64,000 nucleotides of DNA from an uncultured Flavobacteriales bacterium (GCA_905479115.1 CAJQLF010000006.1:7296-71295), one strand, 5' to 3'; numbered from the stretch's first letter, positions 38,001 to 45,568 are shown. Translations and numbers: made by a program. The notes: generated by a model from the letters alone, not told the origin.

Positions 38001-39984
38001 TCTGGCCTAATACGCCTCCCGCCTCATGTTGAAAGAAAGAAGTGGTCGTATGAACGAAAGAGGGATTCACATCATCACCTGCAACGGCGCTGACAAAATC
38101 ATCTTGATTCTCGCACAAAGCATAGATTCGATAGGTAACGAATCCTGTCAAATCACTTTCCCCTACAAAACCATCATGCACAACAAATGGCTCTACCTCA
38201 ATGCAATAGCCCTCATATGCCTCATAATTGCATGCCGCTGAATCATGGCATGAAGCGGGATATTCACACGATCCATCATTGTCTGTCGCATTAGCATCAA
38301 AATTCAATGCCATCGCATCCGTGCATCCTATAACTTCCAATTCATTGCAAATTCCATCGCCGTCGTTGTCTCCGATGCAATCCCCTGAACAATCGTAAAA
38401 CTCTTCGGCAAACAGGCACGAAGCATTATCAGCCGTTGTATACGCCGCGTCATAATTGCACGCTTCAACCTCCATGCAACCTATGCAACTTGTGAAGTCA
38501 CAACTGCCGTCGGACGAGGTAGCGTCTGGATTGAAATTGCATGCCAGTGGATTGGTGCAGCCGCTAAGAGCATACACGCAGCTTCCATCATCCTCTGTAG
38601 CCAAGGAATTAAAATTCTCGGCCTCCCCATCTGTGCAACCTAGCACTTCAAATTCGTCGCATACCAGATCACCATCTGCATCGAAAAGACACCCCCCTGC
38701 GCAATCATATCCTTCTTCCGCGAATTGACAATCGGCGGGATCTGAGATGGTATAGGTGGAATCAAAATTGCAAGCCGTGGAATCCATGCAGCCAATGCAA
38801 CTGGTATACTCACAGCTACCATCCGAGGTATTTGCTGTTGGATCGTAATTGCATGCCAATGGATTAAGGCAACCATTGAAAGCACAACTTCCATCATCTA
38901 GTGTAGCAGTAGGGTCGTAATTATCTGCATCCATGTCGGTGCAACCAGCGCATGAACTGTACTCGCATGAACCGTCATTAACGGTTGCCTCAGGATCGTA
39001 GTTACACGCATTGGAAAAGGTACACCCTAGATTTTCGCAGCTTGCATACTCACAACTGCCATCATTGTAAATTGCTTCGGGATCATAGTTGCACGCGGCG
39101 GCATCCGTGCAGCCCGCGCAGGCTAAATAATCGCACGACCCATCTTCTTCCGTAGCATTCGGATCGAAATTACATGCCCAAACATCGGTACATCCTGCGC
39201 ATGTGCCATATTCGCAACTTCCGTCATCCTCGGTAGCGCTTTCATCAAAATTACAGGCTGCAGGATCCGTACAGCCAGGGTAAGCTGCAGAAGGCATCAA
39301 ATCCCAAACATCTGTCCCGTTAAATCCTTGTTGCACTTGTTCCGCATCCAATGCCGGATCAGCTGGAATGATTTGCGCATTCAAAGTTCCTGATGGAACA
39401 CCTGAAGTCGTCACCTGCATAACCAATACCTTCAAATCTTCACCCGCATAACCGTTGGGGGTTCCGCTGAGTAAAAACCATGCGCCACCCAATTCATCAT
39501 CCACAACAAAACCATCTCCATCCGTTGGCGAACCTGCGACGAAATTTTGCAAAAAAGGCTGTTCCTCACTTTGCAAAGCAGAAACATCAGCCTCTCCACC
39601 TCCGCTTGGAGAACTCTCCAAACCAATGGTTACCCAACTATCGTAGGCCACTTCGGGAAAATAGTTTACCACAATGGGTAATATTCCTCCGGCCGTAGAG
39701 CCCGTCGCAAACGGACTGTTGAACATGGGCGCGTCCAAGGACAGCGTCATTGGCGCTGTATCTCCTCCATAAACGGCTGAAACAAAATCATCCGGATCAT
39801 TCAATTCGAGATAAAAACGATAAGTCGTTTGGCCTGCCAATTCCGCCACGCCTTGCTGACCATCGTGAACCATGTACTCTTCGACTACGAACGTACTTCC
39901 TTGTGACCAAGCGAAGGACATGCCGGCGAGTAAATAAATCAATGCTGCGTGAATCACGCCTAAAAGTCGGAAAGAATAGCCCAT
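35044..39984 (-). CDS. Giant T9SS type-A cargo 'B': three copies of domain X, ~18 ACNYD-type modules, 5 TSP3-like linkers, two HYR/Ig-like modules, two SprB-like repeats, CTD
   Basis: The ORF is open to GTG 40035 (1663 aa). ATG 40026 or ATG 39984 (MGYSFRLLGVIHAALIYLLAGMSFAWSQ, signal-like) are the likelier starts. The C-terminus RVFPNPAHDFVQVTL...GLYVMRIKA is a T9SS type-A tail. Confidence 0.9.
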   Translation of the reverse strand: MGYSFRLLGVIHAALIYLLAGMSFAWSQGSTFVVEEYMVHDGQQGVAELAGQTTYRFYLELNDPDDFVSAVYGGDTAPMTLSLDAPMFNSPFATGSTAGGILPIVVNYFPEVAYDSWVTIGLESSPSGGGEADVSALQSEEQPFLQNFVAGSPTDGDGFVVDDELGGAWFLLSGTPNGYAGEDLKVLVMQVTTSGVPSGTLNAQIIPADPALDAEQVQQGFNGTDVWDLMPSAAYPGCTDPAACNFDESATEDDGSCEYGTCAGCTDVWACNFDPNATEEDGSCDYLACAGCTDAAACNYDPEAIYNDGSCEYASCENLGCTFSNACNYDPEATVNDGSCEYSSCAGCTDMDADNYDPTATLDDGSCAFNGCLNPLACNYDPTANTSDGSCEYTSCIGCMDSTACNFDSTYTISDPADCQFAEEGYDCAGGCLFDADGDLVCDEFEVLGCTDGEAENFNSLATEDDGSCVYALSGCTNPLACNFNPDATSSDGSCDFTSCIGCMEVEACNYDAAYTTADNASCLFAEEFYDCSGDCIGDNDGDGICNELEVIGCTDAMALNFDANATDNDGSCEYPASCHDSAACNYEAYEGYCIEVEPFVVHDGFVGESDLTGFVTYRIYALCENQDDFVSAVAGDDVNPSFVHTTTSFFQHEAGGVLGQSVNPLVFPFIPDAAYDSWVTIGLESAAEGDAGESGISILEGLDPWVEPFELGGSLEMSDDLGGVWYILNGASNGVAGEDLKVLLGQFTTDGNLDGQLYVQFFENGDGMDGGFNKMIGLQDACGLPSFAGCEYPEVAYDCDGVCVADDDGDGVCNELEIEGCTDPEATNYVADATDEDGSCDYFVDPCLDDIIPPVFTFVPADSTVQCDQAMPTTMATAEDECDETVQVMFVDGPIEFVYDCPPYNYLCTRTFFATDDAGNQAQAIQMISVADTLAPEILNLPAAEIWINEQEGEEIPTPFIAVQDACDGNAQWSSADETVVQSGDTVTYHRTYTTFDACGNEADWTQTIHVIIAIEGCTDAAACNFNPAATNEDGSCTYAGEFVDCDGLCLYDSDGDGVCDELELGGCTAPTACNYDEAFTDDDGTCDFCSCEEDEILSFGLEIDTIAVHDTGSMAGMITYRMFVTTILETDFVSAVYGNDEDTLLLAAESGWHQDEMGSHLAQGINLDLIGSFPQLAYDSWVTIGVDGPAADTENSVNAVGSSGPEGWVSQFESGNDLVMDDEVGGSWFILNGGSNGVAGDDLRVLIAQVTTLGGMHGQLNVQVFNGGDNTASSLHQFQFDGTTWTNPPVFPNACGCLDSEALNYDSEAEYDNDSCAYPVLGCTDTAACNYDEIATDDDGSCTYPEPALDCAGDCLLDADSDGICDEFEVPGCTDTSAINFDGLATDDDGSCVYCTITAAASVSDVSCAGEADGSLEISVQGAYPDSSEITYQLLPQDLIQTDSMFAGLSGGAYVIIVADESGCEAVLELVVEEPDPLLALLDDVTGSVPDAEEGSISVSITGGVGPYVFSWIQLDGAFISDEEDITNLNPGTYQLVVTDSNGCSTTSFEIVVESIVSVAELLDSDIRVFPNPAHDFVQVTLPMNQEFSQLDWYDMQGKLMASRVIVPHENVFKLDVSDWSNGLYVMRIKATNRIIQKKIKVVR
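36124..36687 (-). other. Copy 4 of 5 of domain X (third copy in protein B)
   Basis: ITYRMFV..ETDFVSAVYGNDED...FPQLAYDSWVTIGVDG...DDEVGGSWFILNGGSNGVAGDDLRVLIAQVTTLG..GQLNVQVFNGGD. Confidence 0.8.
36946..37449 (-). other. Two HYR/Ig-like modules inserted between domain X copies in protein B
   Basis: DDIIPPVFTFVPADSTVQCDQ...AEDECDETVQV...TRTFFATDDAGNQAQAIQMISVADTLAPEI...VQDACDGNAQW...YTTFDACGNEADWTQTIHVI. The conserved Cys/Asp spacing is typical of HYR-like Ig folds. Confidence 0.5.
37636..38205 (-). other. Copy 3 of 5 of domain X (second copy in protein B)
   Basis: VTYRIYALCENQDDFVSAVAGDDVNP...FIPDAAYDSWVTIGLES...SDDLGGVWYILNGASNGVAGEDLKVLLGQFTTDG..GQLYVQFFENGDG. Confidence 0.8.
39301..39897 (-). 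other. Copy 2 of 5 of domain X (first copy in protein B)
   Basis: TTYRFYLELNDPDDFVSAVYGGDTAP...YFPEVAYDSWVTIGLES...DDELGGAWFLLSGTPNGYAGEDLKVLVMQVTTSG..GTLNAQI. Confidence 0.8.
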
Positions 39985-40059
39985 AATCAAATCAAGAGGT
40001 TGAGAGATACGCTTTGTTCTACGCATATCTCGCACCTACGGTTTCGATTTTTGGGCATT

Positions 40060-40085
40060 AAAAAAGGGCCCGGAGGCCCTTTTTA
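40060..40085 (-). terminator. Rho-independent terminator of gene C
   Basis: AAAAAGGGCC-cgga-GGCCCTTTTT perfect hairpin, 19 nt past the gene C stop. It lies just upstream of gene B. Confidence 0.8.
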
Positions 40086-40103
40086 AAAAGATGGATGCGG
40101 AAT

Positions 40104-42512
40104 CTATTGCTTCAACAATTGAAGCGTATGCCGAGCTTCATTAGAGGACAACTCCAATTGATAAGCTCCTGCTGCCATTCCAGTTAAGTCAATCGCCGCC
40201 TGCATTGAACCCCACGCCTGATTAATCGTTTGAGACCAAACAACACGCGCCTGAGCGTCATAAACATTCAAAACAATTGCCTCGCCGTTCGCACTGAAAA
40301 TAGCCAGGTTGTACATACCGAAACTTGGATTTGGACTCACTACAACGTCCTGCAGAAACGAATACTCATCCACACCAAGAGGTAATCCGAAAACTTCAGT
40401 TATGGAGCAACCATTCGCATCGGTCACTGTAACTGAATACTCTCCAGCAAAAAGACCGGTCAAGTCTTCATCGGCACTGGTGAAGTTATCCGGACCTTCC
40501 CAAGCGAATGTATTGCCACCGTTTCCGCCCGCTACCGTGATATCAAGTTCACCGTCACCTGCACCCGAATCATTGGTAAGGACGCCTGTAACAGAGAGTG
40601 CCTCTGGCTCTTCCACTGTAACCTCTGCAGATGCCTGACATCCATTAGAGTCCTGCACATAGAACGTGTAAGACCCAGGAGCGATTTCAGTGAACATCGG
40701 TGAAGAGCCAAAATCACTACCGTCAGAACTGTACTCGAACAAGCTCGTTCCACCTGACGCTCCAACCTCAACCAATCCATCAGTATCACCGTTGCACGAA
40801 ACCGCTGTAGAGGTTGCAGTAGCTTCTACCGCACTAATATCATCCACAGTGAATGTGGTTTCGGCGGTGCACCCTTCCATGTCCGTTACCAGCACTACGT
40901 AGTCGCCTGGCAACAAATCCCCAACTGAATTCGATCCATCTGTATCTTCTCCATTGAATGAAAACATAAGGCCTCCATTCCCACCTGTTGCATCGAAAGA
41001 GACCGCTCCGTTTTGGTCTCCGTTGCATGAAATACCGCTGGCATTGCCGGTTATGACAATCGCATCTGGTGCTTCTACTGTGTATTCATTCGCAGAAGAT
41101 GCAATGCACCCGTTCACATCCATTGCATAAAAGGTATACGTACCACCAGCTATATTGAGAATATTACCGGGCGAAAAGTTGATTCCATCCGCACTGTACT
41201 GCATACCAGCTGAAGTTCCAGATCCACCAATGGTAATCAAAGAAACTACACCATCCTCACTATCAGAACATGTCGCTGGTGCAATACCAGATTGTCCATT
41301 TGCTACTGAGACCGTCAACGCCTGGGGATTCGCGATGGAAATGCCTCCGCTTTCCGCAACACAACCGTTGGCGTCCATTGCATAAACCGTATAAAGTCCG
41401 GAACCCAGGTTATCAAAGTAAAGCTCACTTGAGCTGTCTTCAAACGTCGAAGACAAACTATAGTTCATTGCACCAGAACCTCCTGAAGATGACCCAGAGA
41501 TCACGGCATCAGAACCACCATTGCAACTAACGGACTCCGTCATTGCCGCAGAAATCACAACGGCCTCTGGAGCGACAATTTCCACTTCGATCGATGTCTC
41601 ACACCCTGCACCATCAATCGCAGAAATAGTGTAAACACCTCCCGATAGATCATCAAAACTTCCCACTGCCGAAGCTGGTGTCTCACCGTCAATTCCAAAC
41701 AGAACCCCTAACTGCGCTCCTTCTGCATCGACTGAAATCTCTCCATCCGCCACGCCAGGGCATGTGTTTTGAACAATCTCTGCAACCGACAAATTCAATG
41801 AACAAGGAAAGATACATACCTCTCCGGCCTCTGTGGCATCTGGATTGTAGTTGATCGCTTCTGGATCCATGCAACCAAAGACTGCGCCTTCTGAAGAACT
41901 AAATGGAATACTTTCATAAAGTACAGATTCCGACTGCTCGCCATTCACGAAAATCTGGATATTGAAGTTACCTGTAATAACAGCATCATTTTCAACCGTC
42001 AGCTGAGCTATGAGGACTTTCAAATCATCTCCTGCTTGTGCAACGGGATCTCCAAATAACGTAAACCAAGACCCCCCGTTATCAGAGTTCACAATAAAGT
42101 CGCCTCCTGCAGAGAATGAATTGAATGCATCCGTTAAACCAACGGTGTTGTTGGAACCAGATGCTTCGTTTACATTCATGGCACCAATGGTGATCCAAGA
42201 ATCGTATTCAATTGCTGGAAATGCACCAAAAAAAGCAGGGTTCACTTGCCATCCTTCGTTATTGCCAAGAGAGTTTTGATAGAAACCCAAGGTAGAAGTC
42301 AGTGATAAAGGTGCTGTCGCATCACCATACACTGCCGAAATTTCGTCCGCAGGGTTCGTGCACATGGCGAAGACATGGTATGTCGTCATTCCGTCTAGCT
42401 CTCCAATACTCCCGTCGTGTATGACGTAAGGCTCGACACTAATCTCGACTAGTTGTGCAAAGCTGCTTCCAAACAGTAAAAAGCTCGCAGCAAGAAGTAA
42501 AACGTGTTTCAT
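40104..42512 (-). CDS. T9SS type-A cargo 'C': signal peptide, domain X, one ACNYD-type module, six SprB-like repeats, CTD
   Basis: MKHVLLLAASFLLFGSSFAQ. One Cys module (GCMDPEAINYNPDATEAGEVC). Six units of the C(N/S)G..DG...GG....Y.....G.Y...V.D.NGC pattern. The C-terminus VVVSPNPSFGMYNLAI...GAYQLELSS is a type-A tail. Confidence 0.9.
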   Translation of the reverse strand: MKHVLLLAASFLLFGSSFAQLVEISVEPYVIHDGSIGELDGMTTYHVFAMCTNPADEISAVYGDATAPLSLTSTLGFYQNSLGNNEGWQVNPAFFGAFPAIEYDSWITIGAMNVNEASGSNNTVGLTDAFNSFSAGGDFIVNSDNGGSWFTLFGDPVAQAGDDLKVLIAQLTVENDAVITGNFNIQIFVNGEQSESVLYESIPFSSSEGAVFGCMDPEAINYNPDATEAGEVCIFPCSLNLSVAEIVQNTCPGVADGEISVDAEGAQLGVLFGIDGETPASAVGSFDDLSGGVYTISAIDGAGCETSIEVEIVAPEAVVISAAMTESVSCNGGSDAVISGSSSGGSGAMNYSLSSTFEDSSSELYFDNLGSGLYTVYAMDANGCVAESGGISIANPQALTVSVANGQSGIAPATCSDSEDGVVSLITIGGSGTSAGMQYSADGINFSPGNILNIAGGTYTFYAMDVNGCIASSANEYTVEAPDAIVITGNASGISCNGDQNGAVSFDATGGNGGLMFSFNGEDTDGSNSVGDLLPGDYVVLVTDMEGCTAETTFTVDDISAVEATATSTAVSCNGDTDGLVEVGASGGTSLFEYSSDGSDFGSSPMFTEIAPGSYTFYVQDSNGCQASAEVTVEEPEALSVTGVLTNDSGAGDGELDITVAGGNGGNTFAWEGPDNFTSADEDLTGLFAGEYSVTVTDANGCSITEVFGLPLGVDEYSFLQDVVVSPNPSFGMYNLAIFSANGEAIVLNVYDAQARVVWSQTINQAWGSMQAAIDLTGMAAGAYQLELSSNEARHTLQLLKQ
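41898..42452 (-). other. Copy 5 of 5 of domain X (in protein C)
   Basis: TTYHVFAMCTNPADEISAVYGDATAP...FPAIEYDSWITIG...NSDNGGSWFTLFGDPVAQAGDDLKVLIAQLTVEN..GNFNIQIFVNGE. Confidence 0.8.
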
Positions 42513-42541
42513 GGGTTTTTTTTGGTTGTGATTTTCTCTCT

Positions 42542-42549
42542 CAAATATA
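42542..42549 (-). promoter_or_regulatory. Candidate -7 box for gene C (TATATTTG on the minus strand)
   Basis: The + strand reads CAAATATA, which is TAnnTTTG on the - strand, 30 nt upstream of the ATG at 42512. An A8 tract lies between the box and the start. Confidence 0.35.
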
Positions 42550-42652
42550 GATGTATCCTACTCTGCAGAATATGGGAATACAGAAAATTATTCATGAGTT
42601 TTCACCCAACTTATCGACAAGGAGAATCACGCTTACGAGCTAAAATAAAGGC

Positions 42653-42680
42653 AAAAAAAATGGGAGGTCTCCCTCCCATT
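42653..42680 (-). terminator. Rho-independent terminator of gene D
   Basis: A8 tract followed by the ATGGGAGG-tctc-CCTCCCAT hairpin, 33 nt past the gene D stop. Confidence 0.8.
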
Positions 42681-42712
42681 TCCAAGTTGCTAAAAAGGTG
42701 AATAATGCCTAA

Positions 42713-44506
42713 TCATTCATATTTAATGAACATCCTTCCTTGAGACACCCCCTTCCGAGTGACTTGGACGACGTACGAACCCGCAGGAAGGCTTGACGTT
42801 TCGAAAACAACCACGCCCGTTCCAGGCGCAATCTGTTCTTGGATCACTTCACGGCCCGAAAGGTCAGTAACGGTCAACTGCGCTGCCATTGGATTGGATT
42901 GAAAGTTAACCGTCAACGAACCATAAAATGGATTCGGATATGCTTCGAAGGCATGCTGCTCGAGCTCATCCACAGAGACCACACATGTCGTGCACTTATT
43001 AAAGCAAACGGCTTCTAAAATTTCGGCTTCGCCACTGCGCTCATGGATTCGGTTGTAGGCTCCGAAGCCGTTGGCCAATCCACAGCCTCCCAGTTCGAAA
43101 TTGGTCAATTCATTCCCCTCCTCATCCAATAGAATTCCTGATTCCTCCACATAATCTACACCGTTGTCACCAGTGGATGGATCACCATTGACAAATTTAT
43201 AGAGCACCGTCGAAGCTCCGCTAACTGTTGCCGTTACTTCATACACACCATCCGCATCCGCATCTGTCAATTGCATGGCGCCCGCTTGCCAATTAGGTGC
43301 GGTGAAATTTCCAATGACCCAGACACCGCTTGCGCTCACTTCTTCTTCCGACATTTCTACTCGGAACGTAATATCTGCAGGATCTGGATTTTCGATGCAA
43401 CCCGCTTCACACGAATTGTAGCAAACTTCATAAACAAGGTCCTCTGCGCCAACGGTTAATAACCGGTTATCACTGCCTTCTGCCGCGCAATCTCCTACAA
43501 TGAGTTCATTGTCCACATTTCCGTCACCGTTGCCACTCCAATCGTTGCCATTGACAAACTTAAATTGGATGTCACCGGCGGCAATGCCAATGGTTGCCTC
43601 CCAAATCCCGTCTCCATCGTCATCCGCCAACGGGTTCGCAGAAGGAGTCCAACCTTGAAAACTTCCAGCGATGTGCACTCCATTCACAGAGACCGTTTCT
43701 TGCGTCGTCATGTCCACTCGAAATGTCACTTGCGTTGGAGAAAGACAGGTTCCACAAGCATTATAACAGGGAGCAGCATTTGTCGCCGCATCACCCACCA
43801 TCACCATATTCAGATCCGTGAATTCAAGGATTCGGTTTCCGAAGTCATCTGCACAGTCTTCCCCTGTCAAATTTTCGTTCGGATTGGTCCAGCTGTTGCC
43901 ATTGATAAACTTGAAGACCAAGTTGCCTTCATCCAATGAATCCGCGTAAAATGAAGCCCAGTATTCCCAAACTCCATCGCCATCAGCGTCGGTCATAGCG
44001 CTTCCAGCCGGATCCCAGCCTTGAAAGTTACCTGCAACGTGAACCCCATTAGGTGAGACAGCAGCTTCAACACTCATGTCCACACGCATGCGCACTGTAG
44101 TCATACCGCATGCCGCACAACTCGCATAGCAGACATGATAGGTCACATCGGTATCGTCAGCCCCAACATGAATAAAACGATTGTCATTTCCTGCAACTTC
44201 GACTTGGCACGTGGGCGGCACATCTTCAACGAAATCCCATGATGCTCCATTGATGAACTTAAATTCGTAGGTGCTATCCGATGGTAGTTCGATGGTCACT
44301 TCATAGACGCCATCCATATCGTCGTCCGTGAGCGCAGTGGCTGCAGGATCCCATCCCTGAAAATTCCCGGCTATATGCACGCCTTCTGCAGCCACCACTT
44401 CATTCGTCATATCCACCTGGAACATGACGTTTGACTGAGCGATGCTCAAGGACGAAAAGAGCGAGGTCACAAATAAGAGAGAACTGAATGCGCAAAAATC
44501 TTTCAT
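42713..44506 (-). CDS. T9SS type-A cargo 'D': four CBM20/CBM48-like beta-sandwich repeats plus CTD
   Basis: Start MKDFCAFSSLLFVTSLFSSLSIAQ (ATG 44506). Four ~120-aa repeats carry V(D/E)M....GVH(I/V)AGNFQGWDP....(T/A)D.D.DG(V/I)(Y/W)E....(Y/F)KF(I/V)NG, each ending in C(Y/F)xxCxxC. The C-terminus AYPNPFYGSLTVNF...GSYVVQV is a type-A tail. Confidence 0.88.
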   Translation of the reverse strand: MKDFCAFSSLLFVTSLFSSLSIAQSNVMFQVDMTNEVVAAEGVHIAGNFQGWDPAATALTDDDMDGVYEVTIELPSDSTYEFKFINGASWDFVEDVPPTCQVEVAGNDNRFIHVGADDTDVTYHVCYASCAACGMTTVRMRVDMSVEAAVSPNGVHVAGNFQGWDPAGSAMTDADGDGVWEYWASFYADSLDEGNLVFKFINGNSWTNPNENLTGEDCADDFGNRILEFTDLNMVMVGDAATNAAPCYNACGTCLSPTQVTFRVDMTTQETVSVNGVHIAGSFQGWTPSANPLADDDGDGIWEATIGIAAGDIQFKFVNGNDWSGNGDGNVDNELIVGDCAAEGSDNRLLTVGAEDLVYEVCYNSCEAGCIENPDPADITFRVEMSEEEVSASGVWVIGNFTAPNWQAGAMQLTDADADGVYEVTATVSGASTVLYKFVNGDPSTGDNGVDYVEESGILLDEEGNELTNFELGGCGLANGFGAYNRIHERSGEAEILEAVCFNKCTTCVVSVDELEQHAFEAYPNPFYGSLTVNFQSNPMAAQLTVTDLSGREVIQEQIAPGTGVVVFETSSLPAGSYVVQVTRKGVSQGRMFIKYE

Positions 44507-44626
44507 GAATTCGGTGTTTTTGATTGTTGAGTGTCGAAAGTACACGAACCAAATTAATGGAAAGTTTTCTCCCGACCCTATTCGGGAAACAAAAACTTTT
44601 CAACTGACGCAGATTTTACTCCAGAC

Positions 44627-45070
44627 TTAAAAACTTGGCCGACCCGTGCCAAACTGTGCTATAGGCTCGGACATTTGCAATGGCCACGCAATCGATTTCC
44701 CAGAAACATGGTTAAAGGATACCATTACGGTTTTCGCTGTGGCCAGATTCACCCACTTCCCTTCAACAGCCTTCAAGACTTCATAAGCAGCGGTCATGCT
44801 CTTTTCACCCACTCGCTCAATCCAAGTCACAATTCTAATATCGTCATTGAACAAAATGGGCATCCGGTAGTCAATTTCATGCCGTGCAACGACCATACCT
44901 GCCTCATGCCAATTCCATTTTCTGCCAACGAGCCCTTCAAAGAAATGAATTCTACTTTGCTCAAAATAATTAAAGTAGGTGGCATTGTTTACGATTCCTG
45001 CAGCGTCAATGTCGACAAATCGAATCTCTGGCTGGTACACCTGGCATGCAGGTAAATTAAATGAATTCAT
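44627..45070 (-). CDS. Acyl-CoA thioesterase, 4HBT hot-dog fold
   Basis: EIRFVDIDAAGIVNNATYFNYFEQSRIHFFE, the second such gene in the window. Confidence 0.8.
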   Translation of the reverse strand: MNSFNLPACQVYQPEIRFVDIDAAGIVNNATYFNYFEQSRIHFFEGLVGRKWNWHEAGMVVARHEIDYRMPILFNDDIRIVTWIERVGEKSMTAAYEVLKAVEGKWVNLATAKTVMVSFNHVSGKSIAWPLQMSEPIAQFGTGRPSF

Positions 45071-45102
45071 GAAGCAAAGGTACCTGCTCGTAATTTTGAA
45101 CC

Positions 45103-45438
45103 ATGAAAAAAGGTTTGGTCTTTTCTAGGGGGATTTGGTGTGCGCTCTCCATTGCAGGTGTTTGGGGATTTTCGGCCCATTTGGATTCTATCGCGTGGCT
45201 TATGGCTTTCCTTGCCTCTGCCGTGCCTCTTTTTGTGAGCCTGATCAGTTCGAACAAGGCATGGGACCGCGCCTTTCTGTCGATTTTGGTCGTATCCCTG
45301 CAGAGTGTAGCCGTTGCTGTGAGTTGGGCTCAATGGTTCATTCTTGATGCCAGCTCTCTGCATGTCGTATGGATTCCGGCCCTCTCCTTGCTGTTTTGGG
45401 GCATCCACGAGCGGGTCACCCGAGTGAAAACAAGCTGA
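45103..45438 (+). CDS. Small hypothetical membrane protein (about 4 TM)
   Basis: Four hydrophobic stretches (IWCALSIAGVWGF, IAWLMAFLASAVPLFVSLI, FLSILVVSLQSVAVAVSW, VVWIPALSLLFWGI). It competes with a 171-aa minus-strand ORF of non-protein-like composition. Confidence 0.45.
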   Translation: MKKGLVFSRGIWCALSIAGVWGFSAHLDSIAWLMAFLASAVPLFVSLISSNKAWDRAFLSILVVSLQSVAVAVSWAQWFILDASSLHVVWIPALSLLFWGIHERVTRVKTS

Positions 45439-45560
45439 AATCCGCTGTTGACCTTGGATTTTGACTGAAATCCCTGCCTGAATCTCATGCTTATCAACAA
45501 AAAGCACTGCTTTATTCACGAAATAACCGGAACCCCTTGCCAGCCTTGAATTCTCACCTA

Positions 45561-45568
45561 TATATTTG
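45561..45568 (+). promoter_or_regulatory. Candidate -7 box (TATATTTG) upstream of hup
   Basis: TAnnTTTG match 35 nt upstream of the ATG at 45603. Confidence 0.4.

Noticed and set aside
32296-45070. The surface-protein cluster as a horizontally acquired genomic island or mobile element
   Set aside because: There is no integrase, transposase, tRNA target, flanking direct repeat or obvious compositional break by eye. Paralogy between the genes points to in-situ duplication instead.
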